Shown here one piece after another: positions 13,201 through 28,800 of a DNA stretch of 64,000 nucleotides. How positions within the stretch are numbered: the stretch's first letter is position 1; the number at the start of each line of letters is the position of its first letter. Source of the stretch: Bugula neritina (taxonomy: Eukaryota; Animalia; Bryozoa). The notes under the pieces were generated by a model that made no database searches, was not told the origin of the DNA, and saw only the letters and a program-made list of their open reading frames with translations. The stretch spans positions 18,834,567 through 18,898,566 of the forward strand of contig OZ037766.1 in NCBI GenBank assembly GCA_964035545.1, given 5' to 3'. The position numbers were made by a program, and so were the translations under genes.

Positions 13201-16200
13201 TATTTCAGTAGTTTGCAACATATTTCAGTAGGTTACCATATATTTCGGTATTTTGCAGCGTATTTCAATCTGTTGCAGTGTTTTCAGTATGTTGCAGTGT
13301 ATTTCAGTGGGTTAAAGTATATTTCAGTATAATACAGCGTAGTTCAGTATGTTGCAAAGTTTTTCAATATGTTGCAGTATATTTAAGTATGTTGCAGTAT
13401 GTTTCAGTGGGTTACAGTATATTTCATTATGTTGCAGTATGTTGCAGTATATTTCAGTAGTTTGCAACATATTTCAGTAGGTTACCATATATTACGGTAT
13501 TTTGCAGTATATTTCAATGTGTTGCAGCGTATTTCAATATGTTACAGTGTATTTCAGTATGTTGCAGTATGTCGCAGTGTATTTCAATATGTTATGGTGC
13601 ATTTCAGTATGTTTCAAAATTTTTAGGTATATTTCAGTATGTTGAAGTATATTTTAGTACGTTGCAGTGTAATTCAGTATGTTGTTGTATGTTTTAGTAT
13701 TTTACAGTACATTTCTGTATATTGCAGTATACATCAGTGTGTTGCAGTGTACTTCAGTACGTTGCGGTGTGTTTCAATGTGTTACAGTATATTTCAGTAG
13801 TTTACTATATATTTCGGTATGTTGCAGTATATTTCAATGTGGTGCACTGTATTTGAATATGTTACTAAGTATTTGAGTATGTTGTAGTATGTTGCATTGT
13901 ATTTCAGTATGTTGCAGTGTATTTCAGTATGTTGCAGTATGTTGCAGTGTATTTCAGTATGTTACAGTGTATTTCAGTATGTTGCAGTATCTTGCAGTAT
14001 ATTTCAGTATGTTGCAGGATATTTCAGTATGTTGCAGTATGTTTTAGTACTTTACAGTTCATTTCTGTAAATTACAGTATATTTCAGTATGTTGCAGTAT
14101 ATTTCAGTGGGTTTCAGTATATTCCAGTATGTTCCAGTATGTTGCAGTATATTTCAGTATGTTGCAGTGTATTTCAATATGTTACAGTGTATTTCAGTGG
14201 TTTGTAACATATTTCAGTAGTTTACCATACATTTTGGTATGTTGCAGTATATTTCAATGTGGTGCACTGTATTTCAATATGTTACTGTGTACTTCAGTAT
14301 GTTGCAGTATGTTTCAGTATGTTGCAGTATATTTAAGTATGTTGCAGTATGTTTCAGTGGGTTACAGTATATTTCATTATGTTGCAGGATGTTACAGTAT
14401 ATTTCAGTAGTTTGCAACATATTTCAGTAGGTTACGATACAGTACGGTATGTTGCAGTATATTTCAATGTGTTGCAGCGTATTTCAATATGTTACAGTGT
14501 ATTTCAGTATGTTGCAGTATTGTGCAGTGTATTTCAGTACGTTATTGTGTATTTCAGTATGTTGTAGTATGTTGCAGTGTATTTCAGTATGTTGCAGTGT
14601 ATTTCAGTATGTTGCAGTATTTTGCAGCATATTTCAGTATGTTACAGCGTATTTCAGTATGTTGCAGGTATTTCAGTGTGTTACAGTATAATATTTCAGT
14701 ATATTAGAGTACACTTCCGTAAATTACACTATACTTCAGTGAGCTGTAGTCTATTTCAGTATCTTGCAGTATATCTCAGTATGTTACAGTATATTTCAGC
14801 ATGTTGCAGTATGTTTCAGTGTGTTACAGTATATTTCATTATGTTACAGTGCATTTCCAGATACTACACTATACTTCAGTGAGTTTTAGTGTTTTTCAGT
14901 AAGTTGCAGTATGTTTCGGTATCTTGCAACATATTTCAATGTGTTGCAATGTATTTCTATATGTTACAGTGTATTTCAGTATGTTGCAGCATGTTGCAGT
15001 GTACTTCAGTATGTTACAGTGTATTTCAGTATGTTGCAGTATATTATTTCAGTGGGTTACAGTATATTCCAGTATGTTGCAGTATGTTGCAGTATATTTC
15101 AGTATGTTGCAGTATATTATTTCATGGGGTTACAGTATATTCCAGTATGTTGCAGTATGTTGCAGTATATTTCAGTATGATACAATAAGTTTCAGTATGT
15201 TTCGGTGGGTTACAGTATCTTTCAGTATGATACAGTGCGTTTTGGTGCGTTACAGTATATTTCAGTATGATACAGCGTATTTCAGTATGTTTCAGTGTAT
15301 TTCAGTATGCTTCAATATTTTTAAGTATATTTCAGTATGTTGAAGTATATTTTAGTATGTTGCAGTGTAATTCAATATGTTTCAGTATATTTCAGTATGT
15401 TGTCGTATGTTTCAGTGTTTTACAGGACATTTCTGTATATTACAGTATACTTCAGTGTGTTGCAGTGTATTTCAGTATGCTGCGATATGTTTAAATGTGT
15501 TACAGTATATTTCAGTAGTTTACCATATATTTCGGTATGTTGCAGTATATTTCAATGTGTTGCACTGCATTTCAACATGTTACAGTATATTTCATTTTGT
15601 TGCAGTATGTTGCAGTATATTTCAGTAGTTTGCAACATATCTCAGTAGGTTACCATATATTTCGGTATGATGCAGCATATTTCAGTATGTTACAGTGTAT
15701 TTCAGTATGTTGCAGTATATTTCAGTATGTAGCAGTATATTTCAGTATGTTGCAGTCTGTTTCAGTATATTACAGTATATTCCAGTATTTTGCAGTATGT
15801 TTCAGGGTGTTACAGTATATTTCATTATGTTGCAGTATGTTGCAGTATATTTCAGTAGTTTGCAACATATTTCAGTAGGTTACCATATATTTCGGTATGT
15901 TGCAGCATATTTCAATCTGTTGCAGTGTTTTCAGTATGTTGCAGTATATTTCAGTGGGTTGTAGTATATTTCAGTATGATACAGCGTAGTTCAGTATGTT
16001 GCAAAGTTTTTCAATATGTTGCAGTATATTTAAGTATGTTGCAGTATGTTTCAGTGGGGTACAGTATATTTCATTATGTTGCAGTATGTTGCAGTATATT
16101 TCAGTAGTTTGCAACATATTTCAGAAGGTTACCATATATTACAGTATGTTGCAGTATATTTCAATGTGTTGCAGCGTATTTCAATATGTTACAATGTATT

Positions 16201-16440
16201 TCAGTATGTTGCAGTATGTTGCAGTGTATTTCAATATGTTATGGTGCATTTCAGTATGTTTCAAAATTTTTAGGTATATTTCAGTATGTTGAAGTATATT
16301 TTAGTATGTTGCAGTGTAATTCAGTATGTTGTCGTGTGTTTTAGTATTTTACAGTACATTTCTGTATATTGCAGTATACATCAGTGTGTTGCAGTGTACT
16401 TCAGTATGTTGCGGTGTGTTTCAATGTGTTACAGTATATT
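4280..16440 (+). repeat. Copy 1 of an approximately 12-kb duplicated block in satellite A (copy 2 at about 41120-53180)
   Basis: Private variants shared at near-constant offset: GTAAGTTGCAGTATCTTG 6542/43381 (+36839), ATTCGTTAC 7281/44120 (+36839), TATACCCGTA 13131/49930 (+36799), GTTACGATACAGTACGG 14431/51170 (+36739). ORF starts show the same offsets. Confidence 0.9.
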
Positions 16441-17258
16441 TCAGTAGTTTGCAACATATCTCAGTAGGTTACCATATATTTCGGTATGATGCAGCATATT
16501 TCAGTATGTTACAGTGTATTTCAGTATGTTGCAGTATATTTCAGTATGTAGCAGTATATTTCAGTATGTTGCAGTCTGTTTCAGTATATTACAGTATATT
16601 CCAGTATTTTGCAGCATGTTTCAGGGTGTTACAGTATATTTCATTATGTTGCAGTATGTTGCAGTATATTTCAGTAGTTTGCAACATATTTCAGTAGGTT
16701 ACCATATATTTCGGTATGTTGCAGCATATTTCAATCTGTTGCAGTGTTTTCAGTATGTTGCAGTATATTTCAGTGGGTTATAGTATATTTCAGTATGATA
16801 CAGCGTAGTTAAGTATGTTGCAAAGTTTTTCAATATGTTGCAGTATATTTAAGTATGTTGCAGTATGTTTCAGTGGGGTACAGTATATTTCATTATGTTG
16901 CAGTATGTTGCAGTATATTTCAGTAGTTTGCAACATATTTCAGAAGGTTACCATATATTACAGTATGTTGCAGTATATTTTAATGTGTTGCAGCGTATTT
17001 CAATATGTTACAATGTATTTCAGTATGTTGCAGTATGTTGCAGTGTATTTCAATATGTTATGGTGCATTTCAGTATGTTTCAAAATTTTTAGGTATATTT
17101 CAGTATGTTGAAGTATATTTTAGTATGTTGCAGTGTAATTCAGTATGTTGTCGTGTGTTTTAGTATTTTACAGTACATTTCTGTATATTGCAGTATACAT
17201 CAGTGTGTTGCAGTGTACTTCAGTATGTTGCGGTGTGTTTCAATGTGTTACAGTATAT
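15620..17258 (+). repeat. 819-bp tandem duplication within satellite A
   Basis: ORF starts 15695/16514, 15996/16815, 16326/17145. Shared variants CAGTGGGGTAC and CAGAAGGTTAC. Only one copy is present in the paralogous block at about 52360-53180. Confidence 0.85.
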
Positions 17259-19879
17259 TTCAGTAGTTTACCATATATTTCGGTATGTTGCAGTATATTT
17301 CAATGTGGTGCACTGTATTTCAATATGTTACTGTGTATTTGAGTATGTTGTAGTATGTTGCATTGTATTTCAGTATGTTGCAGTGTATTTCAGTATGCTG
17401 CAGTATGTTGCAGTGTATTTCAGTATGTTACAGTGTATTTCAGTATGTTGCAGTATCTTGCAGTATAATTCAGTATGTTGCAGTATATTTCAGTATGTTG
17501 CAGTATGTTTTAGTACTTTACAGTTCATTTCTGTATATTACAATATACATCAGTATGTTGCAGTGTCCTTCAGTATGTTGCGGTGTTTTTCAATGTGTTA
17601 CAGTATATTTCAGTAGTTTACCATACATTTCGGTATGTTGCAGTATATTTCAATGTGGTGCACTGTATTTCAATATGTTACTGTGTACTTCAGTATGTTG
17701 TAGTATGTTGCAGCGTATTTCAGTACCTTGCGGTGTATTTCAGTATGTTGCAGTATGTTCTAGTATATTTCAGTATGTTACAGTGTATTTCAGTATGTTG
17801 CAGTGTTGTTCAATTTGTTAGAGTACATTTCAGTATATTACCGTAAATTTAAGTATGTTAAAGTTTTATCCGATGTGTTGCAGTGTATTTCAGTATGTTA
17901 CAGTGTATTTCAGTATGTTGCAGTATATTTCAGTATGATACAGTGCGTTTCTGTGCGTTACAGTATATTTCAGTATGATACAGCGTATTTCAGTATGTTA
18001 TAGTGTATTTCAGTATGCTTCAATATTTTTAAGTATATTTCAGTATGTTGAAGTATATTTTAGTATGTTGCCGTGTAATTCAGTATGTTGCAGTATATTT
18101 CAGTATGTTGTCGTATGTTTCAGTGTTTTACAGGACATTTCTGTATATTACAGTATACTTCAGTGTGTTGCAGTGTATTTCAGTATGCTGCGATATGTTT
18201 AAATGTGTTACAGTATATTTCAGTAGTTTACCATATATTTCGGTATGTTGCAGTATATTTCAATGTGTTGCACTGCATTTCAATATGTTACAGTATATTT
18301 CATTTTGTTGCAGTATGTTGCAGTATATTTCAGTAGTTTGCAACATATCTCAGTAGGTTACCATATATTTCGGTATGATGCAGCATATTTCAGTGTGTTA
18401 CAGTGTATTTCAGTATGTTGCAGTATCTTGCAGTATATTTCAGTATGTAGCAGTATATTTCAGTATGTTGCAGTCTGTTTCAGTATATTACAATATATTC
18501 CAGTATTTTGCAGTATGTTTCAGGGTGTTACAGTATATTTCATTATGTTACAGTGTATTTCAGTATGTTGCAGTATTGTGCAGTGTATTTCAGTATGTTA
18601 TTGTGTATTTCAGTATGTTGTAGTATGTTGCAGTGTATTTCAGTATGTTATGGTGTATTTCAGTATGTTGCAGTGTCTTGCAGTATATTTCAGTATTTTG
18701 CAGTATATTTCAGTATGTTGCAGTACATTTCAGTATGTTGCAGTTTGTTTTAGTACTTTACTGTTCATTTCTGTATATTACAGTATACATCAGTATGTGG
18801 CAGTGTCCTTCAGTATGTTGCGGTGTGTTTCAGTGTATTACAGTATATTTCAGTAGTTACCATATATTTCGGTATGTTGCAGTATATTTCAATGTGGTGC
18901 ACTGTATTTCAATATGTTACTGTGTACTTCAGTATGTTGTAGTATGTTGCAGTGTAGTTCAGTATGTTGCAGTGTATTTCAGTATGTTGCGGTATGTTCT
19001 AGTATATTTCAGTATGTTACAGTGTATTTCAGTATGTTGCAGTGTATTTCAGTGTGTTACAGTATATTTCAGTATGTTACAGTATATTTCTTTATATTAC
19101 ACTATATTTCAGTGAGATGCAGTGTAGTTCAGTGTGCTACAGCATATTTCAGTATGTTGCAGTGTTGTTCAATTTGTTACAGTACATTTCAGTATATTAC
19201 CGTAAATTTAAGTTTGTTAAAGTTTATTCCGATGTGTTGCAGTGTATTTCAGTATGTTACAGTGTATTTCAGTATGTTGCAGTATTTTGCAATATATTTC
19301 AAATGTTACAGTGTATTTCAGTATGTTGCAGTATATTTCAGTATGATACAATAAGTTTCAGTATGTTTCAGTGGGTTACAGTATCTTTCAGTATGATACA
19401 GTGCGTTTTGGTGCGTTACAGTATATTTCAGTATGATACAGCGTATTTCAGTATGTTGCAAAGGTTTTCAATATGTTGCAGTATATTTTGGTATGTTGCA
19501 GTGTAATTCAGTATGTTGCAGTATATTTCAGTATGTTGTCGTATGTTTCAGTGTTTTACAGGACATTTCTGTATATTACAGTATACTTCAGTGTGTTGCA
19601 GTGTATTTCAGTATGCTGCGATATGTTTAAATGTGTTACAGTATATTTCAGTAGTTTACCATATATTTCGGTATGTTGCAGTATATTTCAATGTGTTGCA
19701 CTGCATTTCAATATGTTACAGTATATTTCATTTTGTTGCAGTATTCTGCAGTATATTTCAGTAGTTTGCAACATATCTCAGTAGGTTACCATATATTTCG
19801 GTATGATGCAGCATATTTCAGTGTGTTACAGTGTATTTCAGTATGTTGCAGTATCTTGCAGTATATTTCAGTATGTAGC

Positions 19880-22800
19880 AGTATATTTCAGTATGTTGCA
19901 GTCTGTTTCAGTATATTACAGTATATTCCAGTATTTTGCAGTATGTTTCAGGGTGTTACAGTATATTCCATTATGTTGCAGTATGTTGCAGTATATTTCA
20001 GTAGTTTGCAACATATTTCAGAAGGTTACCATATATTTCGGTATGTTGCAGCATATTTCAATATGTTGCAGTATATTTAAGTATGTTGCAGTATGTTTCA
20101 GTGGGTTACAGTATATTTCATTATGTTGCAGTATGTTGCAGTATATTTCAGTAGTTTGCAACATATTTCAGTAGGTTACCATATATTACGGTATGTTGCA
20201 GTATATTTCAATGTGTTGCAGCGTATTTCAATATGTTACAGTGTATTTCAGTGTGTTGCAGTATTGTGCAGTGTATTTCAGTATGTTATTGTGTATTTCA
20301 GTATGTTGTAGTATGTTGCAGTGTATTTCAGTATGTTGCAGTGTATTTCAGTATGTTGCAGTATGTTGCAGCATATTTCAGTATGTTACAGCGTATTTCA
20401 GTATGTTGCAGTGTATTTCAGTGTGTTACAGTATAATATTTCAGTATGTTAGAGTACACTTCCGTAAATTACACTATACTTCAGTGAGTTGTAGTCTATT
20501 TCAGTATCTTGCAGTATATCTCAGTATGTTACAGTATATTTCAGCATGTTGCGGTATATTTCAGTGTGTTACAGTATATTTCATTATGTTACAGTGCATT
20601 TCCAGATACTACACTATACTTCATTGAGTTTTAGTGTTTTTCAGTAAGTTGCAGTATGTTTCGGTATCTTGCAACATATTTCAATGTGTTGCAATGTATT
20701 TCAATATGTTACAGTGTATTTCAGTATGTTGCAGCATGTTGCAGTGTATTTCAGTATGTTACAGTGTATTTCAGTATGTTGCAGTATATTATTTCAGTGG
20801 GTTACAGTATATTCCAGTATGTTGCAGTATGTTGCAGTATATTTCAGTATGTTGCAGTATATTATTTCATGGGGTTACAGTATATTCCAGTATGTTGCAG
20901 TATGTTGCAGTACATTTCAGTAGTTTGCAACATATTTCTGTAGGTTACCATATATTTCGGTATGTTGCAGTATATTTCAATGTGTTGCAGTGTATTTCAA
21001 TATGTTACAGTGTATTTCGGTATGTTGCAGTATGTTGCAGTATGTTACAGTGTATTTCAGTATGTTGCAGTGTATTTCAGTGTGTTACAGTATTTTTCAG
21101 TATGTTATAGCACATTTCTTTATATTACACTATATTTCAGTGAGTTGCAGTGTAGTTCAGTGTGCTACAGCATATTTCAGTATGTTGCAGTGTTCTTCGA
21201 TTTGTTACAGTACATTTCAGTATATTACCGTAAATTTAAGTTTGTTAAAGTTTATTCCGATGTGTTGCAGTGTATTTCAGTATGTTACAGTGTATTTCAG
21301 TATGTTGCAGTATTTTGCAATATATTTCAAATGTTACAGTGTATTTCAGTATGTTGCAGTATATTTCAGTATGATACAATAAGTTTCAGTATGTTTCAGT
21401 GGGTTACAGTATCTTTCAGTATGATACAGTGCGTTTTGGTGCGTTACAGTATATTTCAGTATGATACAGCGTATTTCAGTATGTTGCAAAGGTTTTCAAT
21501 ATGTTGCAGTATATTTTAGTATGTTGCAGTGTAATTCAGTATGTTGCAGTATATTTCAGTATGTTGTCGTATGTTTCAGTGTTTTACAGGACATTTCTGT
21601 ATATTACAGTATACTTCAGTGTGATGCAGTGTATTTCAGTATGCTGCGATATGTTTAAATGTGTTACAGTATATTTCAATAGTTTACCATATATTTCGGT
21701 ATGTTGCAGTATATTTCAATGTGTTGCACTGCATTTCAATATGTTACAGTATATTTCATTTTGTTGCAGTATTCTGCAGTATATTTCAGTAGTTTGCAAC
21801 ATATCTCAGTAGGTTACCATATATTTCGGTATGATGCAGCATATTTCAGTGTGTTACAGTGTATTTCAGTATGTTGCAGTATCTTGCAGTATATTTCAGT
21901 ATGTAGCAGTATATTTCAGTATGTTGCAGTCTGTTTCAGTATATTACAGTATATTCCAGTATTTTGCAGTATGTTTCAGGGTGTTACAGTATATTCCATT
22001 ATGTTGCAGTATGTTGCAGTATATTTCAGTAGTTTGCAACATATCTCAGTAGGTTACCATATATTTCGGTATGTTGCAGTATATTTCAATGTGCTGCAGT
22101 GTATTTCAATATGTTACAGTGTATTTCGGTATGTTGCAGTATGTTCTAGTATATTTCCGTATGTTACAGTGTATTTCAGTATGTTGCAGTGTATTTCAGT
22201 GTGTTACAGTATATTTCAGTATGTTACAGCACATTTCTTTGTATTACACTATATTTCAGTGAGTTGCAGTGTAGTTCAGTGCGCTACAGCATATCTGAGT
22301 ATGTTGCAGTGTTTTTCAATTTGTTACAGTATACTTCAGTATATTACCGTATATTTAAGTATGTCAAAGTTTATTCCGATGTGTTGCAGTGTATTTCAGT
22401 ATGTTTCAGTGTATTTCTGTATGTTGCAGTGTTTTGCAATATATTTCAAATGTTACAGTGTATTTCAGTGTGTTGCAGTATATTTCAGTATGATACAATA
22501 AGTTTCAGTATGTTGAAGTATATTTCATTGGGTTACAGTATATTTCAGTATGATACAGTGCATTTCGGTGAGTTACAGTATATTTCAGTATGATACAGCG
22601 TATTTCAGTATGTTTCAGTGTATTTCAGTATACTTCAATATTTTTAGGTATATTTCAGTATGTTGAAGTATATTTTAGTATATTGCAGTGTCATTCAATA
22701 TGTTACAGTGTATTTCAGTATGTTGCAGTATGTTGCAGTGTATTTCAGTATGTTATGGTGTATTTCAGTATGTTTCAAAATTTTTAGGTATACTTCAGTA

Positions 22801-25800
22801 TGTTGAATTATATTTTAGTATGTTGCAGTGTAATTCAGTATGTTGCAGTATGCTGCATTATATTTCAGTATGTTGCAGTATATTTCAGTATGTTGCAGTC
22901 TGTTTCAGTATATTACAGTATATTCCAGTATTTTGCAGTATGTTTCAGGGTGTTACAGTATATTCCATTATGTTGCAGTATGTTGCAGTATATTTCAGTA
23001 GTTTGCAACATATTTCAGAAGGTTACCATATATTTCGGTATGTTGCAGCATATTTCAATATGTTGCAGTATATTTAAGTATGTTGCAGTATGTTTCAGTG
23101 GGTTACAGTATATTTCATTATGTTGCAGTATGTTGCAGTATATTTCAGTAGTTTGCAACATATTTCAGTAGGTTACCATATATTACGGTATGTTGCAGTA
23201 TATTTCAATGTGTTGCAGCGTATTTCAATATGTTACAGTGTATTTCAGTGTGTTGCAGTATTGTGCAGTGTATTTCAGTATGTTATTGTGTATTTCAGTA
23301 TGTTGTAGTATGTTGCAGTGTATTTCAGTATGTTGCAGTGTATTTCAGTATGTTGCAGTATGTTGCAGCATATTTCAGTATGTTACAGCGTATTTCAGTA
23401 TGTTGCAGTGTATTTCAGTGTGTTACAGTATAATATTTCAGTATGTTAGAGTACACTTCCGTAAATTACACTATACTTCAGTGAGTTGTAGTCTATTTCA
23501 GTATCTTGCAGTATATCTCAGTATGTTACAGTATATTTCAGCATGTTGCGGTATATTTCAGTGTGTTACAGTATATTTCATTATGTTACAGTGCATTTCC
23601 AGATACTACACTATACTTCATTGAGTTTTAGTGTTTTTCAGTAAGTTGCAGTATGTTTCGGTATCTTGCAACATATTTCAATGTGTTGCAATGTATTTCT
23701 ATATGTTACAGTGTATTTCAGTATGTTGCAGCATGTTGCAGTGTATTTCAGTATGTTACAGTGTATTTCAGTATGTTGCAGTATATTATTTCAGTGGGTT
23801 ACAGTATATTCCAGTATGTTGCAGTATGTTGCAGTATATTTCAGTATGTTGCAGTATATTATTTCATGGGGTTACAGTATATTCCAGTATGTTGCAGTAT
23901 GTTGCAGTACATTTCAGTAGTTTGCAACATATTTCTGTAGGTTACCATATATTTCGGTATGTTGCAGTATATTTCAATGTGTTGCAGTGTATTTCAATAT
24001 GTTACAGTGTATTTCGGTATGTTGCAGTATGTTGCAGTATGTTACAGTGTATTTCAGTATGTTGCAGTGTATTTCAGTGTGTTACAGTATTTTTCAGTAT
24101 GTTATAGCACATTTCTTTATATTACACTATATTTCAGTGAGTTGCAGTGTAGTTCAGTGTGCTACAGCATATTTCAGTATGTTGCAGTGTTCTTCGATTT
24201 GTTACAGTACATTTCAGTATATTACCGTAAATTTAAGTTTGTTAAAGTTTATTCCGATGTGTTGCAGTGTATTTCAGGATGTTACAGTGTATTTCAGTAT
24301 GTTGCAGTATTTTGCAATATATTTCAAATGTTACAGTGTATTTCAGTATGTTGCAGTATATTTCAGTATGATACAATAAGTTTCAGTATGTTTCAGTGGG
24401 TTACAGTATCTTTCAGTATGATACAGTGCGTTTTGGTGCGTTACAGTATATTTCAGTATGATACAGCGTATTTCAGTATGTTGCAAAGGTTTTCAATATG
24501 TTGCAGTATATTTTAGTATGTTGCAGTGTAATTCAGTATGTTGCAGTATATTTCAGTATGTTGTCGTATGTTTCAGTGTTTTACAGGACATTTCTGTATA
24601 TTACAGTATACTTCAGTGTGATGCAGTGTATTTCAGTATGCTGCGATATGTTTAAATGTGTTACAGTATATTTCAATAGTTTACCATATATTTCGGTATG
24701 TTGCAGTATATTTCAATGTGTTGCACTGCATTTCAATATGTTACAGTATATTTCATTTTGTTGCAGTATTCTGCAGTATATTTCAGTAGTTTGCAACATA
24801 TCTCAGTAGGTTACCATATATTTTGGTATGATGCAGCATATTTCAGTGTGTTACAGTGTATTTCAGTATGTTGCAGTATCTTGCAGTATATTTCAGTATG
24901 TAGCAGTATATTTCAGTATGTTGCAGTCTGTTTCAGTATATTACAGTATATTCCAGTATTTTGCAGTATGTTTCAGGGTGTTACAGTATATTCCATTATG
25001 TTGCAGTATGTTGCAGTATATTTCAGTAGTTTGCAACATATCTCAGTAGGTTACCATATATTTCGGTATGTTGCAGTATATTTCAATGTGCTGCAGTGTA
25101 TTTCAATATGTTACAGTGTATTTCGGTATGTTGCAGTATGTTCTAGTATATTTCCGTATGTTACAGTGTATTTCAGTATGTTGCAGTGTATTTCATTGTG
25201 TTACAGTATATTTCAGTATGTTACAGCACATTTCTTTGTATTACACTATATTTCAGTGAGTTGCAGTGTAGTTCAGTGCGCTACAGCATATCTGAGTATG
25301 TTGCAGTGTTTTTCAATTTGTTACAGTATACTTCAGTATATTACCGTATATTTAAGTATGTCAAAGTTTATTCCGATGTGTTGCAGTGTATTTCAGTATG
25401 TTTCAGTGTATTTCTGTATGTTGCAGTGTTTTGCAATATATTTCAAATGTTACAGTGTATTTCAGTGTGTTGCAGTATATTTCAGTATGATACAATAAGT
25501 TTCAGTATGTTGAAGTATATTTCATTGGGTTACAGTATATTTCAGTATGATACAGTGCATTTCGGTGAGTTACAGTATATTTCAGTATGATACAGCGTAT
25601 TTCAGTATGTTTCAGTGTATTTCAGTATACTTCAATATTTTTAGGTATATTTCAGTATGTTGAAGTATATTTTAGTATATTGCAGTGTCATTCAATATGT
25701 TACAGTGTATTTCAGTATGTTGCAGTATGTTGCAGTGTATTTCAGTATGTTATGGTGTATTTCAGTATGTTTCAAAATTTTTAGGTATACTTCAGTATGT

Positions 25801-25890
25801 TGAATTATATTTTAGTATGTTGCAGTGTAATTCAGTATGTTGCAGTATGCTGCATTATATTTCAGTATGTTGCAGTATATTTCAGTATGT
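19880..25890 (+). repeat. 2997-bp tandem duplication within satellite A
   Basis: Marker AGAGTACACTTCC at 20451 and 23448. ORF starts 20634/23631, 21461/24458, 22590/25587. Confidence 0.9.
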
Positions 25891-28800
25891 TGCAGTATGT
25901 TTTAGTACTTTACAGTTCATTTCTGTATATTACAGTATACATCAGTATGTTGCAGTGTCCTTCAGTATGTTGCGATGTGTTTCAATGTGTTACAGTATAT
26001 TTCAGTAGTTACCATATATTTCGGTATGTTGCAGTATATTTCAATGTGGTGCACTGTATTTCAATATGTTACTGTGTACTTCAGTATGTTGTAGTATGTT
26101 GCAGTGTATTTCAGTATGTTGCAGTGTATTTCAGTATGTTGCAGTATGTTCTAGTATATTTCAGTATGTTACAGTGTATTTCAGTATGTTGCAGTGTATT
26201 TCAGTGTGTTACAGTGCGTTTTGGTGCGTTACAGTATATTTCAGTATGATACAGCGTATTTCAGTATGTTGCAAAGGTTTTCAATATGTTGCAGTATATT
26301 TTGGTATGTTGCAGTGTAATTCAGTATGTTGCAGTATATTTCAGTATGTTGTCGTATGTTTCAGTGTTTTACAGGACATTTCTGTATATTACAGTATACT
26401 TCAGTGTGTTGCAGTGTATTTCAGTATGCTGCGATATGTTTAAATGTGTTACAGTATATTTCAGTAGTTTACCATATATTTCGGTATGTTGCAGTATATT
26501 TCAATGTGTTGCACTGCATTTCAATATGTTACAGTATATTTCATTTTGTTGCAGTATTCTGCAGTATATTTCAGTAGTTTGCAACATATCTCAGTAGGTT
26601 ACCATATATTTCGGTATGATGCAGCATATTTCAGTGTGTTACAGTGTATTTCAGTATGTTGCAGTATCTTGCAGTATATTTCAGTATGTAGCAGTATATT
26701 TCAGTATGTTGCAGTCTGTTTCAGTATATTACAGTATATTCCAGTATTTTGCAGTATGTTTCAGGGTGTTACAGTATATTCCATTATGTTGCAGTATGTT
26801 GCAGTATATTTCAGTAGTTTGCAACATATTTCAGAAGGTTACCATATATTTCGGTATGTTGCAGCATATTTCAATATGTTGCAGTATATTTAAGTATGTT
26901 GCAGTATGTTTCAGTGGGTTACAGTATATTTCATTATGTTGCAGTATGTTGCAGTATATTTCAGTAGTTTGCAACATATTTCAGTAGGTTACCATATATT
27001 ACGGTATGTTGCAGTATATTTCAATGTGTTGCAGCGTATTTCAATATGTTACAGTGTATTTCAGTGTGTTGCAGTATTGTGCAGTGTATTTCAGTATGTT
27101 ATTGTGTATTTCAGTATGTTGTAGTATGTTGCAGTGTATTTCAGTATGTTGCAGTGTATTTCAGTATGTTGCAGTATGTTGCAGCATATTTCAGTATGTT
27201 ACAGCGTATTTCAGTATGTTGCAGTGTATTTCAGTGTGTTACAGTATAATATTTCAGTATGTTAGAGTACACTTCCGTAAATTACACTATACTTCAGTGA
27301 GTTGTAGTCTATTTCAGTATCTTGCAGTATATCTCAGTATGTTACAGTATATTTCAGCATGTTGCGGTATATTTCAGTGTGTTACAGTATATTTCATTAT
27401 GTTACAGTGCATTTCCAGATACTACACTATACTTCATTGAGTTTTAGTGTTTTTCAGTAAGTTGCAGTATGTTTCGGTATCTTGCAACATATTTCAATGT
27501 GTTGCAATGTATTTCTATATGTTACAGTGTATTTCAGTATGTTGCAGCATGTTGCAGTGTATTTCAGTATGTTACAGTGTATTTCAGTATGTTGCAGTAT
27601 ATTATTTCAGTGGGTTACAGTATATTCCAGTATGTTGCAGTATGTTGCAGTATATTTCAGTATGTTGCAGTATATTATTTCATGGGGTTACAGTATATTC
27701 CAGTATGTTGCAGTATGTTGCAGTACATTTCAGTAGTTTGCAACATATTTCTGTAGGTTACCATATATTTCGGTATGTTGCAGTATATTTCAATGTGTTG
27801 CAGTGTATTTCAATATGTTACAGTGTATTTCGGTATGTTGCAGTATGTTGCAGTATGTTACAGTGTATTTCAGTATGTTGCAGTGTATTTCAGTGTGTTA
27901 CAGTATTTTTCAGTATGTTATAGCACATTTCCTTATATTACACTATATTTCAGTGAGTTGCAGTGTAGTTCAGTGTGCTACAGCATATCTCAGTATGTTG
28001 CAGTGTTTTTCAATTTGTTACAGTATATTTCAGTATATTACCGTATATTTAAGTGTGTCAAAGTTTATTCCGATGTGTTGCAGTGTATTTCAGTATGTTA
28101 CAGTGTATTTCAGTATGTTGCAGTATTTTGCAATATATTTCAAATGTTACAGTGTATTTCAGTATGTTGCAGTATATTTCAGTATGATACAATAAGTTTC
28201 AGTATGTTGAAGTATATTTCAGTGGGTTACAGTATATTTCAGTATGATACAGTGCATTTCGGTGCGTTACAGTATATCTCAGTGTGATACAGCGTATTTC
28301 AGTATGTTTCAGTGTATTTCAGTATACTTCAATATTTTTAGGTATATTTTAGTATGTTGAAGTATATTTTAGTATGTTGCAGTGTAATTCAATATGTTAC
28401 AGTGTATTTTAGTATGTTGCAGTATGTTGCAGTGTATTTCAGTATGTTATGGTGTATTTCAGTATGTTGCAGTGTCTTGCAGTATATTTCAGTATTTTGC
28501 AGTATATTTCAGTATGTTGCAGTATATTTCAGTATGTTGCAGTATGTTTTAGTACTTTACAGTTCAATTCTGTATATTACAGTATACATCAGTATGTGGC
28601 AGTGTCCTTCAGTATGTTGCGGTGTGTTTCAATGTATTACAGTATATTTCAGTAGTTACCATATATTTCGGTATGTTGCAGTATATTTCAATGTGGTGCA
28701 CTGTATTTCAATATGTTACTGTGTACTTCATTATGTTGTAGTATGTTGCAGTGTAGTTCAGTATGTTGCAGTGTATTTCAGTATGTTGCGGTATGTTCTA

